A model generated the notes under the pieces. The model worked only from the letters and a program-made list of their open reading frames with translations. It was not told the origin of the DNA and searched no databases. The position numbers and the translations under genes were made by a program. DNA of 64,000 nt, taken from assembly GCF_009914755.1 (NCBI RefSeq), contig NC_060939.1; one strand, given 5' to 3'. Positions 52,468-64,000 of this stretch are shown piece after piece; position 1 is the first letter of the stretch; every line of letters starts with the position of its first letter. Source of the DNA: the human T2T-CHM13v2.0 reference genome, Homo sapiens.

Positions 52468-54196
52468 ATGTGGCCCCAACCCCGCCTCCCTCCCCACACC
52501 ACCATGTAGGAAGAAACTCAACAGAGCAAATTGGCTGCAGCCAAGAAAAAGGTAAAAACCACCAGGTCATAGCCCCTGACCCACCTGCAGACTTCCTCTG
52601 ACGGCAGGACTACTGCCAGAGTCTGTGCCACTCCTGAGGCACACCGGGTTAGGCCCCCCTGGTGCCTCTGCACTCCCCCTACCAAAATATTGTTAGCCAG
52701 CGCTGTTCCCTCAGCAGCCCAGCCCCTGCCCTCAACAGTCACCCCAGGGTGACTACTGGGGCAGGTGACTCCTGGGGCTCCCTGCTCCAGACTAGGCCCT
52801 GACCTCCTGCCCCCTCCCAAGCCTGACCTCCCTGGGCTCTTTGGCCTGGCATCTCCAAGGACTAAGACAACCACTTCTGGTGGTTGCCACTCACCTGGGG
52901 ATGTGAGTTTTGGCTGGCCAGGCTCCTGGGGACAGGGGGCCCAAGGGGCAGTAGAGGGTAATTGTTAAGATTGCTGGGTACTGGTTAAAAATTCTGGGTT
53001 TGAATCCTGCCTCTCTGTCTGCTGGGGATATGATTTAGGGCAAGTTACTTGAGCTCTTTGGGCCTCTCTTTTCATATCTGTATAATAGAGGTGGTATTGT
53101 TTGACTTCCATTTGTGAAGTTTAAATGAAATTTGTTGTTGTTTTTATGTGAATCCCTAGTACATAGCCTGCTGTAAACACACAGGACACCCAGGAAATGG
53201 TCATTGCTGTTTGATTTTCCTCGCCCCAGTCTCAAGGGGAAGCCAGGCCAATGAGAAAAGCCACTTGCCATCAGCCTATCCCTTTAGAAGTCACTGAAAG
53301 GGCCCCACGTGTGGTGTAAGAGAAGATCTTACTTGCCACCAGCTTGCTGGGTGACCACAGAAAAATCACTATTTCCCCTGAGCCTCAGTTTTCTCCTCTA
53401 TAACATGATACTGGATAAGATCAGTGTCTTTCAAACTTGTTTTTCACCTGGAGTCACCTTAGCTCAACTGAACCCTTACTCAGAAGTCTGGTTTTTTTTT
53501 TAACAGAAGTGGAGGTCTGGAGCTCTACCACATTCATCGCCCATGTCCTGGGCCTGAGGAGAGGGGTCCAGTGAGCGTATTGAGAGGTGCATTGGTCAGC
53601 TGACTCCACTCTGTGACTGCGTCACTCAGGGGACTTTTCCATCTATTTGTTCCTGCCCCTGGCAAGGCAGCAGGTGGCCATTTGGAAGAATGGCACAGGC
53701 CATGGTTTTAATCTCCTCTGCTCTTCTTCAGCGTTTCCTTTCCCTGAATCCACATCTTTCTCCTACCCTGACTTTCTTGCTTCTCTCTAAGCCACTTCTG
53801 TCTTTCTCCCCCTGCCCTTGTTTTTCCCTTTTCATCTCCTGTAGATTCAGGACATTCCGAAGGTGCTGGTGTCCAACCTTAACTACTCCAATGGGGTAGC
53901 ACTCCTCGACTGGACAAGTGGAAGGTGAGGCAGTGCCCAGACCCCTCTCTGGCTTGCTGTCTCCAGCTGTGCATGTTCCTGAGGCTTCTCTGGTTTGGGG
54001 GATACTTTGCCTCTGGCTTATTTTATGTTGCTGCCATTAACCTTCAGCCTGTTTATGTCTGCTTCTTCACTTGCTTGATTGATTGAGTTTTTTTCCTTTC
54101 CAGCATCTTTTATCATCTTGGAAATGGTGAGACATACCTTAAAGTTTAAAAGTAATTTGGGAATAATGTACAAAGCAGGAATATGGGATTTGGGGC

Positions 54197-54497
54197 TTTT
54201 TTTTTTTTTTTGAGACAGAGTCTCACTCTGTCACCCAGACTGGAGTGCAGTGGTGTGGCACAATCTCTGCTCACTGCAACCTCTGCCTCCCAGGTTCAAG
54301 CGATTCTCTTGCCTTAGCCTCCTCAGTAGCTGGCATTACAGACACCTGCCACCATGCCCAGCTAATCTTTGTATTTTTAGTAGAGACGAGGTTTCACCAT
54401 GTTGGACAGACTGGTCTTGAACTCCTTACCTCAAGTGATCCACCAGCCTCAGCCTCCCAAAGTGCTGGAGTTACATGTGCAAGCCACCATGCCCAGT
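54197..54497 (-). mobile_element. Alu in a golgin pseudogene intron
   Basis: polyT plus Alu body. Confidence 0.9.
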
Positions 54498-56892
54498 CCC
54501 TTGCTGTTTTTATACTTTCTCTATATCCATAACTGTTTCCCATGGAAGTTTTTGTTTCTTTGAATTTCTCATTTTTATTACCCCTGCATCATCTGCTACC
54601 CTAAAGGATCTGGAGGTAAGAGGCCCTAGGCTGAGGTGCAGTGACCCTGCAGGCCAGCCCTCCAACCTCCTCTCACAGTGGGGGCTGGGTGCCCCTCTGC
54701 CAGCTGAGACAGCCCACACACACCCCAGCCCTAATGATTGTTCTCTCTACCTCTCCCTGCAGTCCTCCTCCAACTCCTCCTCTCTGTATGCACCTCAGAG
54801 CCGGTACCAAGAACTAGCAGTAGCCCTGGACTTGAGCTCTGCAACAATCAGTCAACTCATTGAAAACATAGTCATTGGTAAGAGTCCAGTAGAGTCCCCT
54901 GATTCCACTCTGCCAATCCTGGGCTCCAGTTTCCCCTTGGGGCCCTGAATAAAGGGGCTGGGGGCCCCTGGTGCCAAGGACAAATGGAGAGCTGGGGTGC
55001 CCATGCCTCACCTAGAGGGACCCCAGAGCAAGGAGCATGCAGCGTGGCTCTTCCATTGCTGCCCTCTTTGCTGACTCTCTCTTCTTCAGGTACCCCTGCT
55101 CCAGTCCTTGCCACACACGCCCTGGGGTTGTCACCTCTCAGGGAAGCGCTAGCCTGATTGGTTGTCAGGGGCCCCATATTTCTGCCCTGACTCAGTCTCT
55201 AATTTGCCCTTGAGTCTGGACAAGCCACCTCTCCTCCTTGGGCTTGTGTTTCCAGAGGAGGTAGAGAGTATCAAAGGTCTCTGTTAGCTCTGAGAGTCTG
55301 AGATTTAAAGTCCCCTAGAATGGAAACCTCAGGGCGAAGGCCTCCTGTCTGTCCTTTTCTGTCCTGTATCTCTGTTGTGAAGAACTGTACCTGGCCTGTG
55401 TGTGCTCAGTAAATGTTCGTTGAATGAACGCACCTTTCTAAATCACAAGCTGGCAGAAGGGTGGGCCTTTCTCAGACTCCGTCTCTGGAGGTTTATGTTA
55501 CTGTCCTTTTGAGAGAATCCAGATTCAGACTTTGAGTTCTGTGGCTGTGGGCAAAAACCAACAAAGACCCACATCCTGTGTCCTTGGGAGCTTGAGGAGA
55601 GTTGACCAGTTTGTGTTGCCATTGGGTCTGAGAACTTTGCCTTTAAAATCCATTCCTGGCCCCTGCCTACCGCTTCCTGGTCTGGGGAATAGAGCTGAGG
55701 GGGCCACCCTCAGTCACCTGAATTTGACTCTCCCCACAGAAACAGCAGAAGAAACAAGTGGAACATCAGCTGGAAGAAGTAACATGATTTCTTTCTTTGC
55801 TCACGACATAAATGCTGGGTTTGGGGGACAATCAGATGTAGAGGTGCCAGTCTCGTGTCGCCCACTTCCAGCCTGGGGAAGAAGGCTCACCCCTCAGATT
55901 CCACCCCATCCTCCCAGGTTATCCCGATAACCTGGTCCCATGGGTGGGCCTGTCCTGGGGCATTGGTGGCATTCTGGGGGCATGTCTCTTGCTGTGCCAT
56001 CTCTGCCTCCCCCTGGTAAGAGCTCTGTCTTCCTCTTCCTGTAGGAAAAGAAAACCAACAATGAAATACACAAAGCACAAATGGAGCAGTTAGAGGTGAG
56101 TGGAGGGTGGGGAGTTTTCTCCTGTCCTCTGGAGAATGTTTCTTTCCTTCTCTTTCAGCACTTGCTTGGCTTTTCTCCCAAAGGTTCAATTCCAGACAAT
56201 CAACATCCTCATGTTGGAAAAAGCAGACTTGAAGACCACCCTTTACCATACTAAACGTGCTGCCCGGCACTTTGAAGGTGGGAATCTGGGCATCCCGTCA
56301 TCCTTCAACCTGGCACTTTGACAGGTCTTTAGGGGGAGTCCTTTGGGCCCCATCTCAACCTCTTTCATTACAGCAGAATCTAAGGATCTGGCCAGCCACC
56401 TGCAATATTCCTTGCAGTGTATTGGAGAGTTGGAGTGGGCTCTCTGTGCTGTGTCTCCATGCAGCAGCAGGAGGAGGACAGGGTGAGTCCAAACAGCTGC
56501 CCCATCCCCTGGCAGCCTGGCTTCCCAGATAGAGGAGTGAGCCTAAAGGTCCCTTCTGCAGGATGGAGTGTCCTGCCCAGAAGGCAGCATGGTCATTTCT
56601 CGCTGCTTTTGTGTATGGTTGTTAGAGGCAGCCTGGGGCTGAGTCAGCTGCTGTGGGTGAGTTGGGGGGCACTGTGGGGAGCGAGCACTGGATGCAGAGC
56701 TCAGAGGCCACACAGCAGCTCCAGAACTGGATGGTGAAGATGAGAAGTTTATATCTGGGGAGCCCGGGCCATTCTACACAGTGCCCCTTAAAAGGGCAAG
56801 GGGTAGGCTCAATATACAACTCGGTCGGTAAAGATCAAGTCATTTCCAAGCCTGTGGTCTGGTTTTTAAAAGAACTGTTCCACACAGTCCTG

Positions 56893-57153
56893 AAACAGGA
56901 GAGGCTGCGGGAGCAGGAGGAGAGGCTGCGGGAGTAGGAGGAGAGACTGCTGGAGCAGGAGAGACTGCTGGAGCAGGAGGGGCTGCAGGAACAGGGGGAG
57001 AGGCTGAGAAAGCAGGAGGAGAGGCTGCTACAGAAGGAGAGGCTGCTGGAGCAGGAGGAGAGGCTGCAAAGGCAGGAGGAGAGGCTGAGGGAACAGGAAG
57101 AGAGGCTGTGGGAGCAGGAGCAGAGGCTGAGGGAGCAGGAGGAGAGGCTGCTG
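56893..57153 (+). repeat. Degenerate 18/21-bp coding minisatellite (GAGCAGGAGGAGAGGCTGCGG-like, EQEERLR heptads)
   Basis: About a dozen imperfect tandem units, typical of the GOLGA6 coiled-coil exon. Confidence 0.9.
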
Positions 57154-57920
57154 GAACTGGAGCAGAAAGCCAAGCTCTGGGACGAGCAGGCAGAGACACA
57201 CATGCAAACCATGCGGAATGACTGCACCACCATCAGCCACATGCTCTCGCAGAACCACGAGCTTGATAAGCAGCTGGGCGAGCCACAGTACGACTTCCAG
57301 GAGCTGGTGGGTTGCCCCACCTGGGGAGCCTGCCTTCCTCCCTAGCCCTCCAGGCCTTTGTTTCCCCACCTGTAAAATGGGCATATGTAGCCCTCACGTG
57401 AAATGGTACTTCTAAAGGAACCTGTGAGCCAGAGCCCTGCTCTGATGGCTGTGAGAGAGAGGGAATGATTTTTCTAACTTGCCTCCACCCTTCCCGGTGA
57501 CATGGGAGGCAGACATCAAGTTCTGGGGTCTCCAGCTGCAGTGGGTGACCGCTGATTGCTTCTCTTTGTCCAGAACAAAGAGAGCAAGGGCGCACTGCAG
57601 TTGGAGCAGCAAGTAAAGTTGCTGCAGGAGAAGCTGGGTGACCTGAAGGAGACGGTAACCTCCGCCCCATCCAAGAAGGGCTGGGAGGCGGGCACCAGTC
57701 TCTGGAGAAGGGAGGTGTGAGGCCAAAGGCAGCTCCAGCCTGGAGGCAGGTGACGCCAGCACCCTTCAGGGCAGTCCTGTGACTGTTTCTTGCTTCCTGC
57801 CCTCTGACTTTTAGAGGTAGGTAGCCCTGGGCTCCTCCCAGGTCTGGACATCATCATCCCAGCTAGAGGCATGGAGCCCCCAATCATAGGGGAAGAGACA
57901 GTGGTATAAGAGGCTCCTTT

Positions 57921-58271
<351 letters not shown>

Positions 58272-59157
58272 TCACCGTTCAACTACTTTTCATCTCTAAG
58301 TCTCTGTTTCTTTAACTTCAAAAGGAAGTTAGCATTTTCCTTGCAGAGGTGCTGAGGATTGAATGAGAGAATACCTGGAAAGCATTAGGCATGTAGCACA
58401 CTTAGCAGATGGTGGTTGGCTCCCTCTGCTTTTCCACCAGTCTGTGGCCTACAGTTTAAATGGTGGGAAGAAGGACATGAGATTTGAGGCTGAGGAAGGA
58501 GGCATGGAGTTCTAGGCAAGGGAGGAATTCTCTAAGGCCTGGAGCAAGCGGCCAGGGGCCTGGGCAGGTGACAGAGCCCCACGGTGCCCTCGCTACCCTA
58601 TTAATGGGCCCAGAATCTGGAAGCCAGCCACCATGTGCCCTCATGCCCAGGGTCTTCCTGCAAGTGGAGCTGAAGAGCCAAGAGTCTCAGAGTCTGCAGC
58701 AGCAGCGAGACTAGTACCTGGGTCACCTGCAGCAGTACGTGGCCACCTGTCAGCAGCTGACCTCTGAGAAGGAGGCGCTGCACAGGCAGTTACTGCTGCA
58801 GACCCAGCTCGTGGACCAGCTGCAGCAGCAGGAAGCTTGGGGCAAACCGATGGCTGAGATGGCCCACCAAAAACTGCAGGAGACTCAGGGGAGGGAGTTG
58901 CTGAGGACGGGGCCCCAAGAGGGATGACCTGCATCTTCTGTGCCTTCTCACTCTCTTTCCTGGCCCCTTAGGAGTGCCTAGAAGCTGCCAGCCAGCAGAA
59001 ACAGCAGCTAGAGGCCCAGTTGAGCCTCATGGCTCTCCCTGGAGAAAGTACAGGAGATCACTTAGAGGAAGAAGAGAGAGCCCCAGGAGGAAGGAGGGGG
59101 GATTGTTAGCAGCATAGGACTGAGGAGTTGGAACAGACCTTTAGAACAGCTAGTCAT

Positions 59158-59360
59158 TATGCCGACCGGGTGTCTGCACTAAGTTTGGTATCAATATGGT
59201 GACCTCCTGGGGAGCAGGGGGCCACCAGGTTGCCTAAGGATGGGTGAACTGGCCCAGATCAGAAAGGGAGCAGGTCAGAACTCCCACACTGACTGGTAGT
59301 GGGACTGTGCCTGGGAAATATAACAAGATCTTGGTTCTTAAAAGTAAAAATAAAAGTAAA

Positions 59361-59391
<31 letters not shown>

Positions 59392-59395
59392 AAAG
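59158..59395 (+). pseudogene. 5'-truncated 7SL (RN7SL/SRP RNA) retropseudogene with poly(A) tail
   Basis: tatgccgaccgggtgtctgcactaagtttggtatcaatatggtgacctcc...ccaggttgcctaagga matches the 7SL S-domain; A-rich tail; TSD-like agaacagctagtcat / agaacagcagctcat. Confidence 0.9.
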
Positions 59396-60310
59396 AACAG
59401 CAGCTCATTTCCCTCTGGGGAGGGGCTGGCTCAGGGTTACACAGTGAGGGTGGGGGCAGAGGTGGCCCCACAGTACCTCCCTTGTTGGGTTGTCTGAAGA
59501 CCCCTTTGGCCAAACCCTACAGATGGAGGAGGACATCTGGACAGTGAGGAGGAGGAGGTGCCTTAGCCCCTTCCGAGCATCCTGGAGGACCTGGAGAGCC
59601 GGGAGGCCATGGTGAGCTGACTCCCCCTGCACCTCCTTTGCCACCTTCCTCTGTGGTCCCTCCCAGACCCCCTTATGCTCTTCATCTCCCCACCGTCTGA
59701 TTTCTCTGGACCCTCACCCCTTCCGGGAGCCAGTGATCAGACACCATTTCACCTGTGACCAACAGGTGCACTCTCTGAGGCCCCAAGGGAAGGGGCTGCA
59801 CTCCACCACCCTGCCCTGTTTGTTCTGTGTATGCCCCTACAAGAAGGGCATCAGGGTGGCCAGGCCATGCAGCCAGGCTCCAGACATCCCCAGGATCTCA
59901 GCCCCTCCAAGGGTACCTGGAACATTGAGGCACAGGGAGAAGCAACTGGCCAGAACACACATCCAGCTCCCCACATGCTCTAGAGGGTTTCAGGTCTCTG
60001 CCTCTCGGGACCTTGGGCTCCCCCGATTCAGCCTCGTCTTAGTTCTGACTCTAGTACCCATAATTTGCCTCCATTTCCCAATCCAGAAATTGGAAAGGAA
60101 CATCTCCATGTCCCTTGCTTGAAGACCTGGCCAGAGCTGGTGCCAGGCTACAGATGCCTGGCAGGAGGCAAGAAGGGCACACTCACTTTCCCTTTGTCCT
60201 GGGAGGCCCACATACCAACATTGCCACCACTGCTGCCACCTGGAAGCACAACCAAACTAGACACAGGAAAAGGGGAAGGGTTGAGTGAACCTGGGACACT
60301 GCACCCCAAC

Positions 60311-61392
60311 TTTAATGTGTTGTTGGATTCAATTTGCTAATATTTTGTGGAGGATTTTTGCATCAATATTCATCAGTGATATTGGCCTGTAGTTCTCTGT
60401 TTTGGATGTATCTTTGGTTTTGGTATCAAGGTAATACTAGCCTTGTAGAATGAGTTTGGAATAGTTTGGGTAAGGTCTCTAGTTTTGGAATAGTTTGAGT
60501 AAGGTTGATATGAGTTTTTCTTTAAACGTTTGGTAGAATTCAGCAGTGAAGCACCAGGTCCCAGGCTTTTCTTTGCTGGGAGACTTTTTATTACCATTTC
60601 GATCTCATTGTTTGTCACTCGTCTGTTCAGGTTTTGGATTTCATCATGGTTCAATCTTGATAGGCTGGATGTGTCTAGAAATTGATCCATTTTTAGTTGG
60701 TTTTCCTATTTCTTTGTATATAGTTGCTTATAATAGCCACTAGTGATCCTTTGAATTTTTGCAGTATCAGTTGTAATGTTTCCTTCTTCATCTTTGATTT
60801 TATTCACTTGGGTCTTCTCTTTTTCTTAGGCTAAAAGTTTGTCAATGTTGTTTATCTTTTCCAAAAACCAACTATTCTTTTCATTGATGCTTTGTTTTCT
60901 TCATTTCAATTTCATTTATTTCTGCTCTGATCTTTATTATTTCTTTTCTTCTAGTAATTTTGCATTTGCTTTGCTCTTGCTTTTCTATTTCTTTAAGGTG
61001 CATTGTTAAGTTGTTTATTTGATGCTTTTCAACTTTTTAAAAGTGGGTGTTTATAGCCATAAAGTTCCCTCTTAGTACTGCTTTTGTCGTATCCCATAGG
61101 TTCTGGCATGTTGTGTTTCCATTATCATTTAAGAAATGTTTCAATTTCCTTCTTAATTTCTTCATTGACCCACTCGTCATTCCAGAGCATATTATTTGAT
61201 CTCCATGTGTTTGTATAGTTTCCAACATTTCTGTTGTTACTAATTTCTAGTTTTAGTCCATTGTGATCAGAGAAGATGTTTGATATTATTTCACTCTTTT
61301 GTAATGTTTTAAGACCTGTTGTTTGACCTAAGATATGGTGTATCCTTGAGAATGATCCATATGCTGAGGAAAAAAATATGTATTCTGTAGCC
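60311..61392 (-). mobile_element. L1 ORF2 fragment (endonuclease to pre-RT region)
   Basis: - strand peptides FFSSAYGSFSRIHHILG...[36 protein letters not shown]. Confidence 0.92.
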
Positions 61393-61584
61393 CAAGGGAG
61401 AAGACACCTGCCCCCACTCTGCTGCAACACACAGCGCTCTGCTCAGGGATGGGGCAGTGGAGTGCTGTTGTTACACAAGGGGCTCTCTGTCGGGGAGGGA
61501 ACAGAAATCTGTTCTGTAGTGTTTGCCATTTTTGGTGGTGCAAATATTCCATGGCTGATTTCAAACTGCCACCGTCTTCTCAGC

Positions 61585-61820
61585 CTGGGCTTGTTTGTAC
61601 CCACCCTTGGGAAGGCTATCCAAGTATTTGAAAGGATGTGGGTGTTGTGATCTAAAGTGTATCTTTATTAGATACACTCCAGCCCAGTTATGCTATGGTT
61701 CTTGCAGACTCATAGAGGAACTGCCTTGTTGGTCTCAGATAAGATCTGGAAGAATTCTCTGGGCTACCAGGTAGTAGAGACCCTTATTCTGTACCTGTAG
61801 TTTCTCTCCAAAAAACAGTC

Positions 61821-61855
<35 letters not shown>

Positions 61856-63600
61856 GCTGAGCCACTTGGAGCTGGGTGTGGGCTGACACAACATCCCTAT
61901 GGCCACCACCACCACTGGGACTGCACTGGGTCAGACCTAAAGCCAGCAAAGCACTGGGTCTCACTCAGGGCCCGCTGTCAACACTACCTGGCTGTCGCCT
62001 ATGTTCACTCAAAGCCAAGTAACTGGGGCTCTACAGTCAGCAGGTGGCAAAGCCAGCCTGGCTTATGTCTTTCCCTTCAGGGCAACGAGTTCTCTCAGGC
62101 CCTGGTGGGTCCAGAGATGCTGTCTGGGAGTCAGGGACTACAGTCAAAAACCTTAGAAACTTACCTGGTGCTTTATTCTAAGGCGGCTGGGCTGACACTG
62201 AAACCATGAGACAAAGTCCTTCCCACTCTGCCTTTCCCTTTTCACAGGCAGAGGAGCCTCACCCTGTGGCCACCACCACAGGCCCACAGGGAGTGCTGCC
62301 AGGCTACTGTCGATGTTCACTTAGGGCCCAAGGGCTCTTAAGTCACTTGTGGTGAATGCTTCCAGGCCTGGGGCTCACCCTTCAGGGCAGTGGGCCCCCC
62401 TCTGTCTCAGGGCAGGCCCAGAAATGCTGTTTAAGAGCCAAGGCCTAAAATCAGTGACCACAAGAGCCCATTTAGTGCTCTACCCCATTGTGGCCAGGCA
62501 GGTACCTAAGCTGCAAGACAAAGTCCCTTTTACCTTTCCCTCTGCTTTTCTCAAGCAGAAGAAATCTCTCACCACAGCCACCAAAGCTGTGAATGTGCTG
62601 GGTCTCACCTGAAGCCAGCATGTCGCAGAGCCTTACTCCAGGCCTATAGCACATTACCTGGGTATCACTGTTGGCTATTCAGGGCCCAAGGGCTCTTGAG
62701 TCAGCAGGTGATGAATCCTGCCAGGACTAGAATCTTTTCTTTAAAGCAGCAGATTCCCTTCTGGCCCAGGGTGTATCTAGAAAGGTAATTCAGGAGCTAG
62801 GTCCTGGAATGGGGGTCTCTCAACTCTGACTGGGGCTGTATCCTACTGTGGCTGAGCTGCTATCCAAGACGTAAGACAAAGTCCTCTTTACTCTTCCCCC
62901 TCCTCTCCTCAAGCAAAAGGAAAGAGCCACTTTTGTTGCTGCAAGCTGCACTGCCTGGGGTTGGGGGAGGGGTGGTACAAACACTCCCTTGGCTGTCCTG
63001 GCTGGTGTCTCTCTAGGTCGTGTGCCTCTTGAGTCCACTGGCTCTGAGCCCAGCATGGCATTAGGATGTGCCTAGGAGTTGAAGTCCTTATGGACTAGAC
63101 TGCTTTCAAGTTTATTTAGGACCCTGGGGCATAATAGCCTGCCATGCCAAGGCTTGTCAAAACCCAAGCCTCAAGCCTCCTAACTACTGGGATGGGTGAA
63201 CCCCTCTGGGTAGGGCTGGTCTAAATGCTCCCTCCATGGGCAGGTGTCACGTGAGTTCCACCTGGTTTCGCTTTCTGCTGTGACAGGGCAGCACTGAGTT
63301 CAAGGCAGAGTCCCACAGTTGCTGCATTCTCCCTCCCCCAGGTGCACAGATTCTCAGCACCACAGCGACCACTGCTGGGGGAGGGGGAGGGGTGATATTG
63401 GTGTTTCAAGGCTGTCTCTCCTACCTTTTCAGTGCCTCTTTCAGCGACATGAAGTTAAACCCAGGTACTGTGAGTCCTCGCCTAATTTTTGGTTCTTATG
63501 ATGATGGTTTTCTGGTGGAAACAGTTGTTAAATTTGATTTTCCTGCAGGGGGAATGATTGGTAGAGACTACTATTCAGCCATCTTGCTCTGCTCCTCCTC
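61585..63600 (-). mobile_element. Old L1M (L1MA/L1M1-like) 5'UTR including the element's 5' end
   Basis: - strand begins GGAGGAGCAGAGCAAGATGGCTGAATAG (YY1 motif at 63578-63585); internal ~310-360 bp repeats; (CT)n at ~61819-61854. Confidence 0.8.
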
Positions 63601-63611
63601 CCTCCCTTCAC

Positions 63612-63709
63612 TTTAATTACCTCCTAATAGCCCTATTTTTAAATACAATCATATAGGGGGTTAGGGCTCCAAGTATGAATTTTGAGGAGACACAATTCAG
63701 TCTATAGCA
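63612..63709. mobile_element. MLT1/MST LTR terminal fragment
   Basis: ttaattacctcc...gggggttagggct...atgaattttgaggagacacaattcagtctatagca. Confidence 0.7.
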
Positions 63710-64000
63710 TTTGGACTTGGGAAGAGGGAGGAAAAGAACACGCACAGGAAAGTCACAGTGTAAGCAACAGTATGGAGGTGGGAAAGTTCAGCTCATGGAT
63801 AGGAAAAATTGATCCAAGTTGGCAGGGCCCACAGGGAGATGTGGTGGGGTGGTGAGTGGCGGCCACATCAAAAGAACCTTGAATGCCAGGCTGAGGTGGG
63901 AGGCATTTCCTGTTGTGTGGAATGTGCCATGAGGTGGTGGGGAGGGTAACGTGATGAAAGGACATTTGGGAGGATGGATCTGGCATCAGTGATGGGTGGG

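Noticed and set aside
54475-54948. 157-aa ORF containing golgin peptides
   Set aside because: Chance read-through of an Alu end, two pseudo-exons and an intron; the second exon is frameshifted
56893-57153. Repeat array as CRISPR-like
   Set aside because: Contiguous coding tandem units with no unique spacers, in a eukaryotic context
56835-57384. Ser/Cys-, Pro/Ala- and Leu/Gln-rich ORFs on the - strand
   Set aside because: Antisense shadows of the QEERL minisatellite
60373-61430. L1 ORF2 ORFs as an active retrotransposon
   Set aside because: Fragmented by stops and frameshifts; ORF1 and the RT core are absent

Overview
Primate (very probably human chr15q24) genomic DNA, rich in Alu, L1 and DNA-transposon repeats. 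The first ~34 kb hold the last 11 coding exons of ARIH1/HHARI, an RBR E3 ubiquitin ligase on the + strand. All have GT-AG introns and splice to 361 aa plus a stop (RING1 C-terminal part, IBR, RING2 with catalytic Cys, Ariadne domain), followed by a 3'UTR with a tandem AATAAA at ~33.81 kb. The MIR630 hairpin lies at 34494-34590, then ~16 kb of old L1, L2 and Alu sequence with a strong CTCF-like motif. From ~51 kb the sequence turns GC-rich and contains a multiply disabled, unprocessed GOLGA6/GOLGA2-family pseudogene with an intronic 7SL retrocopy, followed by a rearranged old L1 on the - strand. I found no prokaryote-type system such as a CRISPR array or operon. The best leads are RNA-level hypotheses: a 23-nt frameshifting candidate poison microexon in ARIH1, an Alu-flanked stop-free RING2-only exon circle, a possible L1-promoter-driven spliced antisense transcript across the golgin pseudogene, and a possible piggyBac-like transposase relic. 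Exon numbers, residue numbers and family names are recalled, not searched, and repeat boundaries are approximate.
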